Assembly (NCBI GenBank): GCA_038209745.1
Contig: JBBQXJ010000061.1
Span: 1 to 29,063, forward strand
Length of the DNA: 29,063 nucleotides
Direction: 5' to 3'
From: Verrucomicrobiota bacterium
GTDB taxonomy: Bacteria > Verrucomicrobiota > Verrucomicrobiia > Limisphaerales > CANJSG01
The notes below the pieces were generated by a model. The model was not told the DNA's origin. It worked only from the letters and a program-made list of their open reading frames with translations, and made no database searches. Of this stretch, positions 8,563-19,100 are shown in pieces (positions within the stretch are counted from its first letter, which is position 1; each line of letters starts with the position of its first letter). The position numbers were made by a program, and so were the translations under genes.

Positions 8563-9147
8563 GTGACCGACAAGTTCCCCACAACGCATGAACGCGAAGG
8601 CCTCGCCGCCGAACTGGACCGGCTTGAGGAGAAGCTTCTCGTTGTTCGGGCGCAGCAGGGCCAGGAAGGGGCCTTTCAGTCGCTTTTGGAACGGCACGAG
8701 CGTCCCATCCTCTATTACCTTCTTAGGATGATGACCAACCGGGACGACGCCTTGGAGGCATCGCAGGAAGTCTGGTTCGCCGTGTTCAAAGGTGTCCGAC
8801 AGCTCCGGTCTCCGAGAGCGTTCCGCACCTGGCTCTACCGGTTGGCCCATTGCAAGGTGGTGGATCGCCTCCGCCGGTCTAGTCGCGAACCGGACGCCTT
8901 GGTTCCACTGACAGAAGAGGTGGCCGATCCAGAATGGAACGCCGCCGACCACGGATCCGCCGAGGAGGTCCACCGTGCGCTGGGGCAGATTTCTCCGGCT
9001 CATGCCGAGGTGTTGACGCTGCGTTTCCTCGAAGATCTCACAATGGAGGAGATCGCCGCCGTGCTGGAGTGCAGCCCCGGCACGGTGAAGTCCCGCCTGT
9101 TCCACGCCAAAGCCGCGCTGCGCCGTATCCTTGAGAAAACGCCATGA
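8563..9147 (+). CDS. ECF-type RNA polymerase sigma-70 factor
   Basis: Region 2: AQQGQEGAFQSLLERHE...DDALEASQEVW...FRTWLYRLAH. Region 4: EVLTLRFLEDLTMEEIAAVLECSPGTVKSRLFHAK. Confidence 0.93.
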   Translation: MTDKFPTTHEREGLAAELDRLEEKLLVVRAQQGQEGAFQSLLERHERPILYYLLRMMTNRDDALEASQEVWFAVFKGVRQLRSPRAFRTWLYRLAHCKVVDRLRRSSREPDALVPLTEEVADPEWNAADHGSAEEVHRALGQISPAHAEVLTLRFLEDLTMEEIAAVLECSPGTVKSRLFHAKAALRRILEKTP

Positions 9148-9575
9148 ACAACCCGCTAAACCCCGACTTGAAGGAAGATCTGCTGAAGCAGATGTCCGCT
9201 GAAATACAGGACGTCCATCCCGGCCACCGTCATGAACTGGACGACAAGCTACGATTTGCGCTGACCCATGAACGGCGTTCGCGTAGCGCTCTGCTCGCCG
9301 CACTGGGACTGGCGATCGCCCTGTGGCTTTCGGCGTTGCTTCTGCAGCTGGACCGACCGCTGACCTTGCCGGAGCCACTGCTGCTGGCCTACTTGACCGC
9401 TTTGTTGCTGGCGCCATTGGCCGCGCTGCTCTTTGCGGGACTGTATTTCTTCAAATACCGGCCGCGTCGGAAGCGCGTCGAGACCCAGACGGATCGCGTC
9501 GCATTGGAGGAAATGCGCCGGGAAATCGACGACCTTAAACGGCGACTCGAGCAACACGCAGGGGGCTCCAAGTGA
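9144..9575 (+). CDS. Two-TM membrane protein, putative anti-sigma factor
   Basis: ATGA overlap with the sigma stop. About 50-aa soluble N-terminus, two hydrophobic segments (ALLAALGLAIALWLSALLL; LLLAYLTALLLAPLAALLFAGLYFF), basic stop-transfer and a C-terminal coiled-coil-like LEEMRREIDDLKRRLE. The function is inferred from position. Confidence 0.6.
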   Translation: MNNPLNPDLKEDLLKQMSAEIQDVHPGHRHELDDKLRFALTHERRSRSALLAALGLAIALWLSALLLQLDRPLTLPEPLLLAYLTALLLAPLAALLFAGLYFFKYRPRRKRVETQTDRVALEEMRREIDDLKRRLEQHAGGSK

Positions 9576-10306
9576 AGACGGGATCGTTGAACTCCGGGCA
9601 GACAAGCGGATTTACTCTCACGGAGGTGCTCGTAGTGATCGGCATCCTCGGGATCTTGGCGGCCCTGCTTTTGCCCGCGCTGTCGTCGGCGAAGGAACGC
9701 GGGAGATCGATCCTCTGCGCCGGCAATCTTTCGCAGTTGGGGAAAGCGTTGGCGATGTATGAAAGCGACGCGGGCTGCTATCCGGGTGCCGGCCTTGCCG
9801 TCAGAGTTGTGCCGACGGGCTTGAAAAGCACGGGGACGGGCTGGTCGGACCGGCTGACTCCCTATGTTCGTGGAAACGTTGCCGTCTTCAAATGCCCTTC
9901 GCATGTGCCGTTCCGCTACGGAACGATCAAGACGAGTGCGTTCGGCTACAACGGGTTTGGCTCGGGTTGGGTCGAGACGGGCGCCCGGCTCGGACTCGGC
10001 ACCGGGATCATGGCGAACGGCGTGGAAAACCGGATTGGTTCGCAGGGCGTGTGGGTGCCGGCGGACATGATCGCGCTCGGGGAACAGCAGCTCCCCCCGG
10101 GAGTCTGGATGGATATATTGGGACCGAATCGTAAGACGATCGGAGGTTTGACGGGGGCCGTCGCCACCCGCCATCGCGGGCGGGCCAACATGGTCTTCTG
10201 CGACGGGCATGTGGAACGAGAGCGGCAGACGCGCTGGATCGACGAGACCGATGCCGCACGTCGTCGTTGGAACAACGACCATCAGCCCCACCGGGAGACG
10301 TGGTAG
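9572..10306 (+). CDS. Prepilin-type N-terminal cleavage/methylation protein with H-X9-DG motif (PVC pseudopilin, DUF1559-like)
   Basis: SG|FTLTEVLVVIGILGILAALLLPALSSAKERGRSILCAGNLSQLG; central VFKCPS; C-terminal RHRGRANMVFCDGHVE. GTGA overlap with the upstream gene. Confidence 0.9.
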   Translation: MKTGSLNSGQTSGFTLTEVLVVIGILGILAALLLPALSSAKERGRSILCAGNLSQLGKALAMYESDAGCYPGAGLAVRVVPTGLKSTGTGWSDRLTPYVRGNVAVFKCPSHVPFRYGTIKTSAFGYNGFGSGWVETGARLGLGTGIMANGVENRIGSQGVWVPADMIALGEQQLPPGVWMDILGPNRKTIGGLTGAVATRHRGRANMVFCDGHVERERQTRWIDETDAARRRWNNDHQPHRETW

Positions 10307-10362
10307 GCATGGGTGGCTTCGGAGTTTACGGGAGTGGGCCGCCGAGTCTTCCGGGTTTTCCC

Positions 10363-10400
10363 TTGGCCGTTCCGCACCGGGGTCGGCTAGTCTGATCTCC
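10363..10400 (+). promoter_or_regulatory. Possible sigma-70 promoter giving a leaderless hisB mRNA
   Basis: TAGTCT (10388-10393) ends 7 nt before ATG 10401; TTGGCC at 10363-10368 (spacing 19, suboptimal); no Shine-Dalgarno. Confidence 0.3.
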
Positions 10401-11063
10401 ATGCACAAGCGCCATGCGCAATTGAAGCGAGCCACGAAGGAGACATCCATCGAGGTCCGGCTCAACATCGACGGCTCGGGAAAGTCCACGATCAAGACGG
10501 TCGTGCCGTTCTTCGACCACATGCTGACGCTCTTCGCCAAGCACGCGACGGTGGATCTTTTCCTGAAATGCAAAGGCGATCTGGAAGTCGACGCCCACCA
10601 CACGGTCGAAGACTGCGGCATCGCACTGGGCCAAGTGTTCTTGGCGGCGCTCGGGGACAAGAAGGGGATCCGACGTTATGGCACGGGTTTTGATCCGCGT
10701 AATCCGTTCACCGGCGAGGCCTACGTTCCCATGGACGAGTGCCTTGCTCGCTGCGTGATCGACTTCAGCGGCCGGCCGCATCTGGTTTGGCGCGGACTGA
10801 ATAAGTTCGGCCAGTTGCGCATCAATGAGTTGGACAAATCGCAGGACATGTCGTCCGCGTTTCGTTTCGGATTAGCCCGGGAATTTTTCCAAGGGTTCAC
10901 GAATGAGGCGCGCTGCAACCTGCATTTGGAACTGCTCTATGGCGACGAACCCCATCATATCGTGGAAGGTCTTTTCAAGGCCTTCGCCCGGGCTACAGAC
11001 GCTGCCTGTGCGCGGGATCCGCGGATCGAGGGTCAGTTGCCGAGCACCAAGGGCAAGCTGTAG
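10401..11063 (+). CDS. hisB: Imidazoleglycerol-phosphate dehydratase
   Basis: RATKETSI, FFDHML, GDLEVDAHHTVEDCGIALG, GIRRYG, VPMDE, SGRP, HHIVEGLFKAFARA, PSTKGKL. The true start is ATG 10401, not 10209. Confidence 0.96.
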   Translation: MHKRHAQLKRATKETSIEVRLNIDGSGKSTIKTVVPFFDHMLTLFAKHATVDLFLKCKGDLEVDAHHTVEDCGIALGQVFLAALGDKKGIRRYGTGFDPRNPFTGEAYVPMDECLARCVIDFSGRPHLVWRGLNKFGQLRINELDKSQDMSSAFRFGLAREFFQGFTNEARCNLHLELLYGDEPHHIVEGLFKAFARATDAACARDPRIEGQLPSTKGKL

Positions 11064-11080
11064 TCTCGATCATAGCCAGC

Positions 11081-11108
11081 TGAATAACACCCACCGCGCC
11101 ACGTCCTA
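11081..11108 (+). promoter_or_regulatory. Candidate ECF-type promoter directly before the second sigma gene
   Basis: TGAATA (11081-11086) and CGTCCTA (11102-11108); GAAT-N16-CGTC; the GTG start lies at 11112. Confidence 0.35.
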
Positions 11109-11111
11109 GTT

Positions 11112-11717
11112 GTGTCGAAAGATCAGGAAAAAATTCCTCCCCCAGACGATCGTCCGCTGGTCAAAGCCGCCCAAAAGGGCGACATGGTCGCGTTCGAGGA
11201 ATTGGTCGCACGCCACCGGGACAAGATCTATGCCCGGACGTTCAGCATGGTGCGGCGGGAAGACGAGGCCTTGGATCTTTCGCAGGACGCTTGGGTCAAG
11301 GCATGGCAGCGGATCGTTCAGTTCAAGGGCGAGTCGAGTTTCGCCACTTGGATGACGCGGATCGCGATCAACCTTTGCTTGGATCACTTGAGACGCCAGA
11401 AGCGGTTTCGAACCGACTCAATTGAATTGATGGAAGAAGAGTCGGGCGGCGTCGAACGGCTGTTGCACACGGAAACGGTCAATCCGACCGCCGGACTGGA
11501 AATAACCGAGTTGCGGAAGCGGATCGACGAGGCTCTAGAGAAGCTGTCGCACGAGCATCGAACGGTGCTGATTTTGCATGAATTTGAAGAGCTTGAGTAT
11601 AAAGAGATCGCCAAACGAATGGGCTGCTCGATCGGAACGATCATGTCCCGCCTGTTCTATGCCCGGCGCCGAATGGCCGGCTTGATGGCCTCTTGGAAGA
11701 AAAACGAGGACGAATGA
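11112..11717 (+). CDS. ECF-type RNA polymerase sigma-70 factor (RpoE/SigW-like)
   Basis: LVKAAQKGDMVAFEELVARHRDKIY...EALDLSQDAWVKAW...FKGESSFATWMTRIAINLCLDHLRR; LSHEHRTVLILHEFEELEYKEIAKRMGCSIGTIMSRLFYARR. Confidence 0.95.
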   Translation: MSKDQEKIPPPDDRPLVKAAQKGDMVAFEELVARHRDKIYARTFSMVRREDEALDLSQDAWVKAWQRIVQFKGESSFATWMTRIAINLCLDHLRRQKRFRTDSIELMEEESGGVERLLHTETVNPTAGLEITELRKRIDEALEKLSHEHRTVLILHEFEELEYKEIAKRMGCSIGTIMSRLFYARRRMAGLMASWKKNEDE

Positions 11718-12223
11718 ACACGAATCAACAGCTCGAGATACAGGCGTATGTCGATGGACAACTGCGCATCGCCGAAGCGCGGCGCGTGGAGCGTCAACTG
11801 GCCACCGACCCAGTGGGAGCCGCTTTGGCTGCGGATCTGCGCCTCGTGCGCGGAATCATCCGGGAGGGCGAGCCGCTCATGGCGGTGCCCGAGACCCGTG
11901 AGTTCTATTTCAGCCAGATCCAGCGGCGAATCGAGGCCGAGGAGAAGATCGCAGCCCGAGAGGAAGTTCGGATTCCGAAGCGGTCCAATTGGATGCGGAG
12001 CTTCCTGATTCCGGCCGTTGGCGTCGCCTGTTTGGCGGCGGTGGCCGTGCTGACCACGCGGGAGACGGCTCGGCCCTTTATCCCGGGCGAGGTAGACATT
12101 GCTTCCGATCAAATGAGCGCCATCACTTTCCGGTCCGAAGCGAACCGGATGACCGTGGTCTATCTTTTTGACAAGCGGCCGGCCGCTGCCACAGACACAA
12201 ACCCGAACAGCTCGGCTGATTGA
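11714..12223 (+). CDS. Single-TM anti-sigma factor
   Basis: ATGA overlap at 11714-11717. N-terminal anti-sigma-like helix bundle EIQAYVDGQLRIAEARRVERQL (no HxxxCxxC), one TM (FLIPAVGVACLAAVAVL) and a short periplasmic tail. Confidence 0.8.
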   Translation: MNTNQQLEIQAYVDGQLRIAEARRVERQLATDPVGAALAADLRLVRGIIREGEPLMAVPETREFYFSQIQRRIEAEEKIAAREEVRIPKRSNWMRSFLIPAVGVACLAAVAVLTTRETARPFIPGEVDIASDQMSAITFRSEANRMTVVYLFDKRPAAATDTNPNSSAD

Positions 12224-12224
12224 G

Positions 12225-12677
12225 ATGCCATCGATGATCCACAATTTGTTCGCGCTCACCGCTCTTCTTGCTCTTTTCGTCGCAGCACCCTCGGTCCGGG
12301 CGGGCGACACCAAAATGGAGGTGACACTCGTGTGGGGCACCAACGACGAAAAATCTCCGGATCCAAAGCACAAGGAACTGGAAAAGGAATTGGCCGAACG
12401 GCTCGGGAAAATCTTCCAGTGGCAGCACTATTTCTTGGTGAACAAACTGGCCTCCGATGTCAAAAAGGACGGTTCCTACCGGAAGTTTAAACTGAGCGAC
12501 GACGCAGTGGTGGAAATCACGGAACTGGACGACTCCAAGTTCCAAATCAAGCTCATCGGCAAGGACAAGCTCGTCACCACCCGCACCGAGGTGATCAAGA
12601 AAGGAGACATCACGGCCTTGGCCGGGGACGTCAACAACACCGGTTGCGCATGGTTCATTTTGATTCGGCAGAAGTAG
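12225..12677 (+). CDS. Secreted/periplasmic hypothetical protein in the ECF operon
   Basis: ATG 1 nt after the anti-sigma stop (alternative 12234); signal peptide ...LFALTALLALFVAAPSVRA|G; compact Lys/Glu-rich mature domain beginning EVTLVWGTNDEKSPD. Confidence 0.75.
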   Translation: MPSMIHNLFALTALLALFVAAPSVRAGDTKMEVTLVWGTNDEKSPDPKHKELEKELAERLGKIFQWQHYFLVNKLASDVKKDGSYRKFKLSDDAVVEITELDDSKFQIKLIGKDKLVTTRTEVIKKGDITALAGDVNNTGCAWFILIRQK

Positions 12678-13108
12678 TCCTCGCTTGAAGCGGTTCGATT
12701 TTCCACCCGCCTGTCTCCCTTCCTTTTCCGAAGTGCCGACCCTTCGAGGGTCTGGATCAATCTCCGCAATCCCCTATTCTGGATCAGGCATCCACTTCGA
12801 CCTTGGGCCTATCGGCGCATTGTCGTGGTCACCCGTCTGAGTTTCGTTCGACGCAGTCCTCTTGGTTTACTGGCTAAAAGCTGGGCAGTATTTGGCCTTT
12901 GTTTCGCAAGGAATGCTAAGGCGGGTTGAGCAGGGAGCAGGGCGCCAGTTTGTCGTGGTTTCTCGATTGATTCCGTTTTGGGGAACATTCCTTTTGACCC
13001 TTGCGTCCCGCCTTAAATTGACGCATTGCTGACCAAAATTTTGGAAGCCTCTCGGATGAGTGAGGTTTTTGGGCCGGCGCGATAGTTCAAAGTGGGACAG
13101 TTGGATTT

Positions 13109-16100
13109 ATGATTTTCATGAAAACCGTGTGGATCAGGTCTGCTTTTGTTAAGGGGGTTCTCGGAGCTTGGGTCCTGTTGCTTTCGAGCTTGGTGGGACG
13201 CTCCCAGGCGACCCTCACTCACATCATTGCGGGGGACATCTCCTATCCCGGGGAGCGGGACACATTTACCTTCTCGCTGACCTCGCCCAAGAGATTCTAT
13301 TTCGACTCTCTGACCAACGTGGCCGCCTTGCGTTGGTCCTTGGGAGGAGGCTCAGGAATCCTTGTTACGAACCGTTCTTTCGGCGGCTCCGATGGCTCGT
13401 ATGGGGATCCGCTGCAGTTGCTCCCGGCGGGCGACTACACGTTGACGATCGAGGCGGCCAACGGGGCGACCAACGGCTACGCCTTTCGGTTCGTGGATCT
13501 CTCGGAGGCGACTTTGATCACGCCCGGTACGGTGGTGACAAACGGCGCACTCCCGGCCACCTCGACGGATTTCTACCAGTTCACGGCGGCTGCCGGTGAC
13601 CAGTTCGATTTCACCCGCGTGGCCTCGTCCGGCGCGATCAGCTGGCGACTGCTCGGCCCCTACGGCAACTACTTCTTCCAACAGGGCTTCGGCACCGTCG
13701 GGTCCGTCAGACTGCCCGATTCGGGCAATTACGTCCTCTTCGTCGAGGGTGAAATCTACAACACGGCCACGAATCTCTATTCGTTCCGGGTCGATCCCGC
13801 CGGGAATTTTCCACGCGTTTTCACGGGGACGCCGCTGACGTTCGGCACGCCCTATTCGGGCGATCTTTACCCGGCCGGAGTGACCAACGCGTTCACCTTC
13901 TCCGTCGCCCAGCCAACGTGGCTCATCCTCGACGTGTTGACGAACAAGTCGGGGCCATACCGGCAAATACTCGGTCCCGGTGGCACACCGGTCGGTTACG
14001 GCAGCTACTTCAACAACGGCAGCATCGGCCAGAACATCTTCAAGGCCCCTGCGGGGAACTACCAACTCCTGCTCAACGGCCCCAACGGCTTCACGAACGG
14101 CTATCAGTTCCAGATCGTCGATGCCGGGGCAGGGCAGGTGATCCCTGTCAACACCCCTGTCAGCGGGATGCTCCAGCCGGCTTCGTCTTCCGCGGCCTAC
14201 CGGGTGAATCTTACCGCCGGGCAAAAGATTTTCTTCAATGCCCAGAGCCAATCTGGCTTCACCTACTATGGGACTTCGTTTGTCAAACTGATCGACCCCA
14301 ACGACACGGTCCTCTTTGACAGTTCGTTTTCGGACCAGGGTCCTTTCGCGATCACGGTGAGCGGCACCTACACCCTGCTCGTTTCGGGCTCCGACTACGA
14401 GACATCGGCCGCCGGCAACTTTGCTTTCCAGATCGTTTCCGTGACGGATGGTTCCCAAGCTCTTGCGCTCGACACAACGGTCTCCGGCGCCATTACCCAA
14501 CCGAGCCAGGTCCAGTCCTATACCTTCACTCTGCCAACACGGACGACCATCTCCTTCGACAGCATTTTTTACGCGAACAACATTCTCTGGACGCTCCAGG
14601 GGCCGACAGGAGTGGTGGCCAACAGTGTCAACATGGGTTCGGGCGGCTGGCTCGTCTATGATCTGGCACCCGGCGACTACAGCCTGGCCGTCAAGGGTTC
14701 GGGTGTCGGCACGAACGGCTACGCTTTCCGCCTGCTGTCGTTGGCGAACTCCGTTCCCGTCGCGGTGGATGCCACGGTGAACGTGTCGCTCACTCCGGCC
14801 AGTTCTTCCAAAGTTTACCGGTTTGCTGGCACGGCGGGACAATCGGTCTATTTCAATTTGTTCTCCCAAAGCGGGTTCAACTATTACGGAACCCCGTTTT
14901 GGACCCTCTTGTCGCCGCTGGGAGCGACCCTGTTCGACCGCGGTGCAGGCGACTACGGACCAATCACCTTGAGCGATTCGGGCACCTACACTCTCCTGGT
15001 GGGGGGCGCGGTCCCGGAAACGGGCGCAGCCGGGTCCGCTTCCTTCATCGTCTCGGGCGTGACGAACGGGCTCCAGTCCATGACCCTCGGCACCGAGGTG
15101 ATCGGCGCGATCACGGAGCCGGGCCAAGTCCAGTCGTATTCCTTTTCCTTGGCCGCGAACACCACGGTCTCTTTCGACTCGGTCTCGAACCGGAACAACG
15201 TTTATTGGACGCTGAACGGCCCGTCGGGCGTCGTGGCCAACAATGTGGGAATGAACTCGGGCGGATGGTTCATCTATTCTCTGCCAGCGGGGAACTATAC
15301 GGTCGCCGTCACAGCCGCGGGCGGTGCGACCAATTCGTTCGATTTTCGACTGCTGAGATTCGCGGATGCCACTCCGCTGTCTCTCGATGTCCCTGAGAAT
15401 GGAACCCTCTCTCCGCCCACTATCACCACGGCCTATCGGTTCGACGCCGTTTCCGGGCAGGCGGTCTATTTCGGGGCGAACAGCCAGAGCGGATTCACCT
15501 ACTACGGAGTCCCGTTCTGGACCTTGGTCGCTCCCTCGGGAACGCAGGTCTTCGACCGGACCTTCGGCGACTACGGCGCGGTGACACTGAACGAAACTGG
15601 CACCTACACGCTGTTGGTGGGCGGCTACATCAGCGAGCCTTCCGCAAGCGGCAGCTTCACGTTCACGGTTTCCGGCGTCACCAACACCGCCGCGAGCTTC
15701 GCCTTGGGAGCCACCGTGAAAGACACCATCACCCAGCCGGGCCAGGTCCGGACCTACGGCTTCGACGTGCCGGTCGATACCCGGATCCTCTTCGACACGT
15801 TGACCAACCGTTCCGGCTTCTATTGGACCCTGGCAGGCGTGGCCGGGACGATCGTGAACAATGCCTCATTCACGTCGGATGGCTTCTTCATCTATGCGGT
15901 GCCCGCCGGTCATTACACGGTGACGGTCTCGGCGCAGGGTGGGAGCTCCACCGGGGACTTCAGCTTCCGCATCCTAGATTTCGCTTCGGGGACTTCGATT
16001 CCGGCGCTTGCGACCATCAACGGCACGAACGCCCCGGCCCGTTCGTCGTCGATCTATCGCTTCGACGCCTCGGCCGGTAATCGGCTGTTCCTGGATTCGC

Positions 16101-19100
16101 TGGGCTACAGCGGCTACCCGTATTACGGCGCACCTTTCTGGAAGCTGGTCACTCCCAACGGCAACAGCCTGTTTGAAACGACCCTCAACGACCAGGGACC
16201 CTTCACCCTTACCGAGAGCGGCTCCTACACGCTCGTCGTCGGCGGCAACTTCAACGAACCGACTGCTCCCGGCACCTATTCGTTCCGCTACGTCGTCGCG
16301 CCCGACAGCAGCCAGGCCCTGCCCCTCGGGTCGCTCGTCAGTGGCTCCATCGATGTGCCCGGCCAAAGGCAGCGCTACGCCTTCACCCTGCCGTCAGCCA
16401 CGAAGCTCGCGTTCGACAGTTGGACCAATTCGCCGCTGCGCTGGAGCCTCACCGGTCCGCTCGGCACTGTGGTCAACATTCGCGCTTTCAACGGTTCGGA
16501 TGCCCAGAACTTCGGGGGCTCCAATCCCGTGCTCTCCGTTCCGGCGGGAACCTATGAATTGTCGGTCACGGCCTCCGGCGACACGGTGGGCGGCTACGCT
16601 TTTGTCCTGCTTGATCTGGGGACGGCCCCGCCGCTGTCGTTGAATGGTACCACCTCCGTCGCCCTGAGCCCTGCTTGGAGTTCTCGCGCCTACCGGTTCA
16701 ACGCCTTGGCGGGAGACCGGGTGCGGACGGTTGGGCAGACCGTTTCCGGTGCGCCGAGCGCCATCTGGCGCTTGATCGATCCCGCGGGCAACCAGCTCTG
16801 GTATGCCGGGTTCAACGGCTCGACCCAGAGCAACCTGCTGGCGAATGCCGGCACCTACACGCTGTTGATAGAGGGCTATCTTCAGGACTCCGTGGACGGG
16901 GCGCTCAACGTCACGGCGACCTCGTTCCCGAACATCCCGACGTCGCCGCTTTCCGGGACGCCCGTCATCCTCGGAGTGGCCTACACCAACACCTTGGCCA
17001 CCGCCACGGCAACCAACTCGCACCTCGTCCATGTCACGGCCCAGACCTCCCTCTATGTCGACCTGCTGAACGTGGCGTATCTCAATTTCTCCGTTCTCGG
17101 AACCAATGGCCCCGTTTTGACCGCGCAATACACCGGAGGCGGCGCCTACGATTCTCGTCCCTGGGTGGATCTCGCACCCGGCGACTATGAGATCCAGTTC
17201 TGGGGCTCGGCCACGACTTACGCGGTCCGGTTCATGGACCTGCGCGCGGCGCCCGTCTTGCCCGTCGATCTGGCGGTGACCAACCAGATTGTCCCCACCA
17301 GCGGCTCGGTCCTCTACCGCCTCGTCCAGCCCGCCAGCACAGTGCTCTACTACGATGGCCTGCTCGAAACGGGGTTTAACTCCGGTCGCCAAGTGCGCCT
17401 CTACAGCCAAGAAGACGGTTTGGTCTGGGCGAACGGATCCCCCGGCGGCAACTACGGGCCGTTCACGCTGGCGGCCAATCGTTCCTACTACTTCGCCATC
17501 GAGGGCGGTTTGGGGAACACGTCGCCTGCCGCCACCGTCGCCTTCGTGATGCAGACGCCGGTCCAGTCAACCAACGCTCTCGTGCTCGGCGCGACCGTGC
17601 AGGGAATCTTGGACGGCGGAGGAGACGTGGACACCTTCACCTTCACGCTGGCGACCGCGAAAAGCGTCTTCTTCGACTCCCTGACCAACAGCTACTGGAC
17701 ATGGACCCTGACCGGGCCCGCCGGCACCTATGTGAACAACCGCGACGGCCGCTTCTCCGATTCAGCGGACAATGATTCCAGGCTCGTGCTGCCGGCCGGA
17801 AACTACCAGTTGCAGATCGTCTCCCAATCGACCGATCCCACGGGCTACGCGTTCCGGCTCCTGGACGCCTCGACCGCGGCGTCCATCGCCTTCGGCGACA
17901 CGGTCTCCACCAACTTGATTGGCGGCAATTCCTCCGCGCTCTACACGTTCAACGGCGCGCCGGGCCAGAACATCTACTTCCGTGCGCTGGCCAGCACCGG
18001 ATTCAACACCCCTCCTTTTGCCCGCCTCTACAACCCCGCCGGCACGGTCATCGAGAGCTTCTACCTCAACAACGACCGACCGACACTCACCCTCCCTCAA
18101 AGCGGGCCCTACCTTCTCTCGGTCGAAGGCCGGACTTACTACAACACGTCCGGGACCGGCTACGTGAGCTTCGCCTATCAGGCGGTCAGCTACACCACGA
18201 ACGCCCTTCCGATCGGGGCCACCATCAGCGGCACGTTGGCCGGGGGTGGCGGCATCGATTACTACGCCTTCAACCTCTCGGGCACTAACCGGCTCTTCTT
18301 CGATTCCCTGACCAACGCCTATTGGACATGGACCCTGACTGGACCCGCCGGCACTTACGTGAACAATCGCGACGCTCGGTTCTCGGATTCGGCGGATGTT
18401 GCAGATTCGTCCCTGCTCCTGACACCGGGCACCTACCTGTTCCAGGCGATTTCCCAATCTACGTCTCCCACTCCGTATGCCTTCCGTTTCCTCGATCCCG
18501 CACAGGCGCCGCTTTTCAGTCTTGGCAGCACCAACAGCACGAACCTGATCGCGGGAATCGGTTCCGGGCTCTTCCGCTTCAACGCCTCGGCGGGTCAGCG
18601 GATCTATTTCGACAGCGTGGCGTCCACGGGATTCAACAATCAGCCCTACTCCCGTCTCTACAATCCTCTAGGAACGATCATCCAGAGTTTCTACCCGAAT
18701 TCGGACCAGGACACGATCACCCTGCCTTCGACCGGCACCTACACGTTCTCCGTCGAGGGCCGGACCTACTACAACAACTCCGGGACGGGCTACGTCTCCT
18801 TCGCCTATGCGCCCGTGACCTACACGACCAACGCCCTGGCGCTGGACACGCTGGTCATGAACCAGATCACCCAGGCAGGAACGCGGCAGTTCTACACCTT
18901 CACCGTGGCTGCTCCCACCCAGGTCTTCTTCGACGCGATCACGAACGGCGCCGCCCGCTGGAACCTCCAACGGAGCGGCACCCAGATCGTCTCCGACCGG
19001 ACCTTCGACAACTCGGACGGCGCTTACTATACCGAATCGTCGCTGCTGCTTCCGGCCGGTTCGTATGTGTTGACCGTGAACTTCAACGTCGGCGTCACGG

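Noticed and set aside
10209..10400. N-terminal extension of hisB (possible bifunctional HisB)
   Set aside because: It overlaps the pseudopilin gene and has no HAD phosphatase DxD motif; homology starts at 10401.
17570..18840. Near-duplicate segments as a DGR template/variable repeat pair or CRISPR-like array
   Set aside because: Both copies are in-frame coding units, differences are not adenine-specific, and no reverse transcriptase or cas gene is present.
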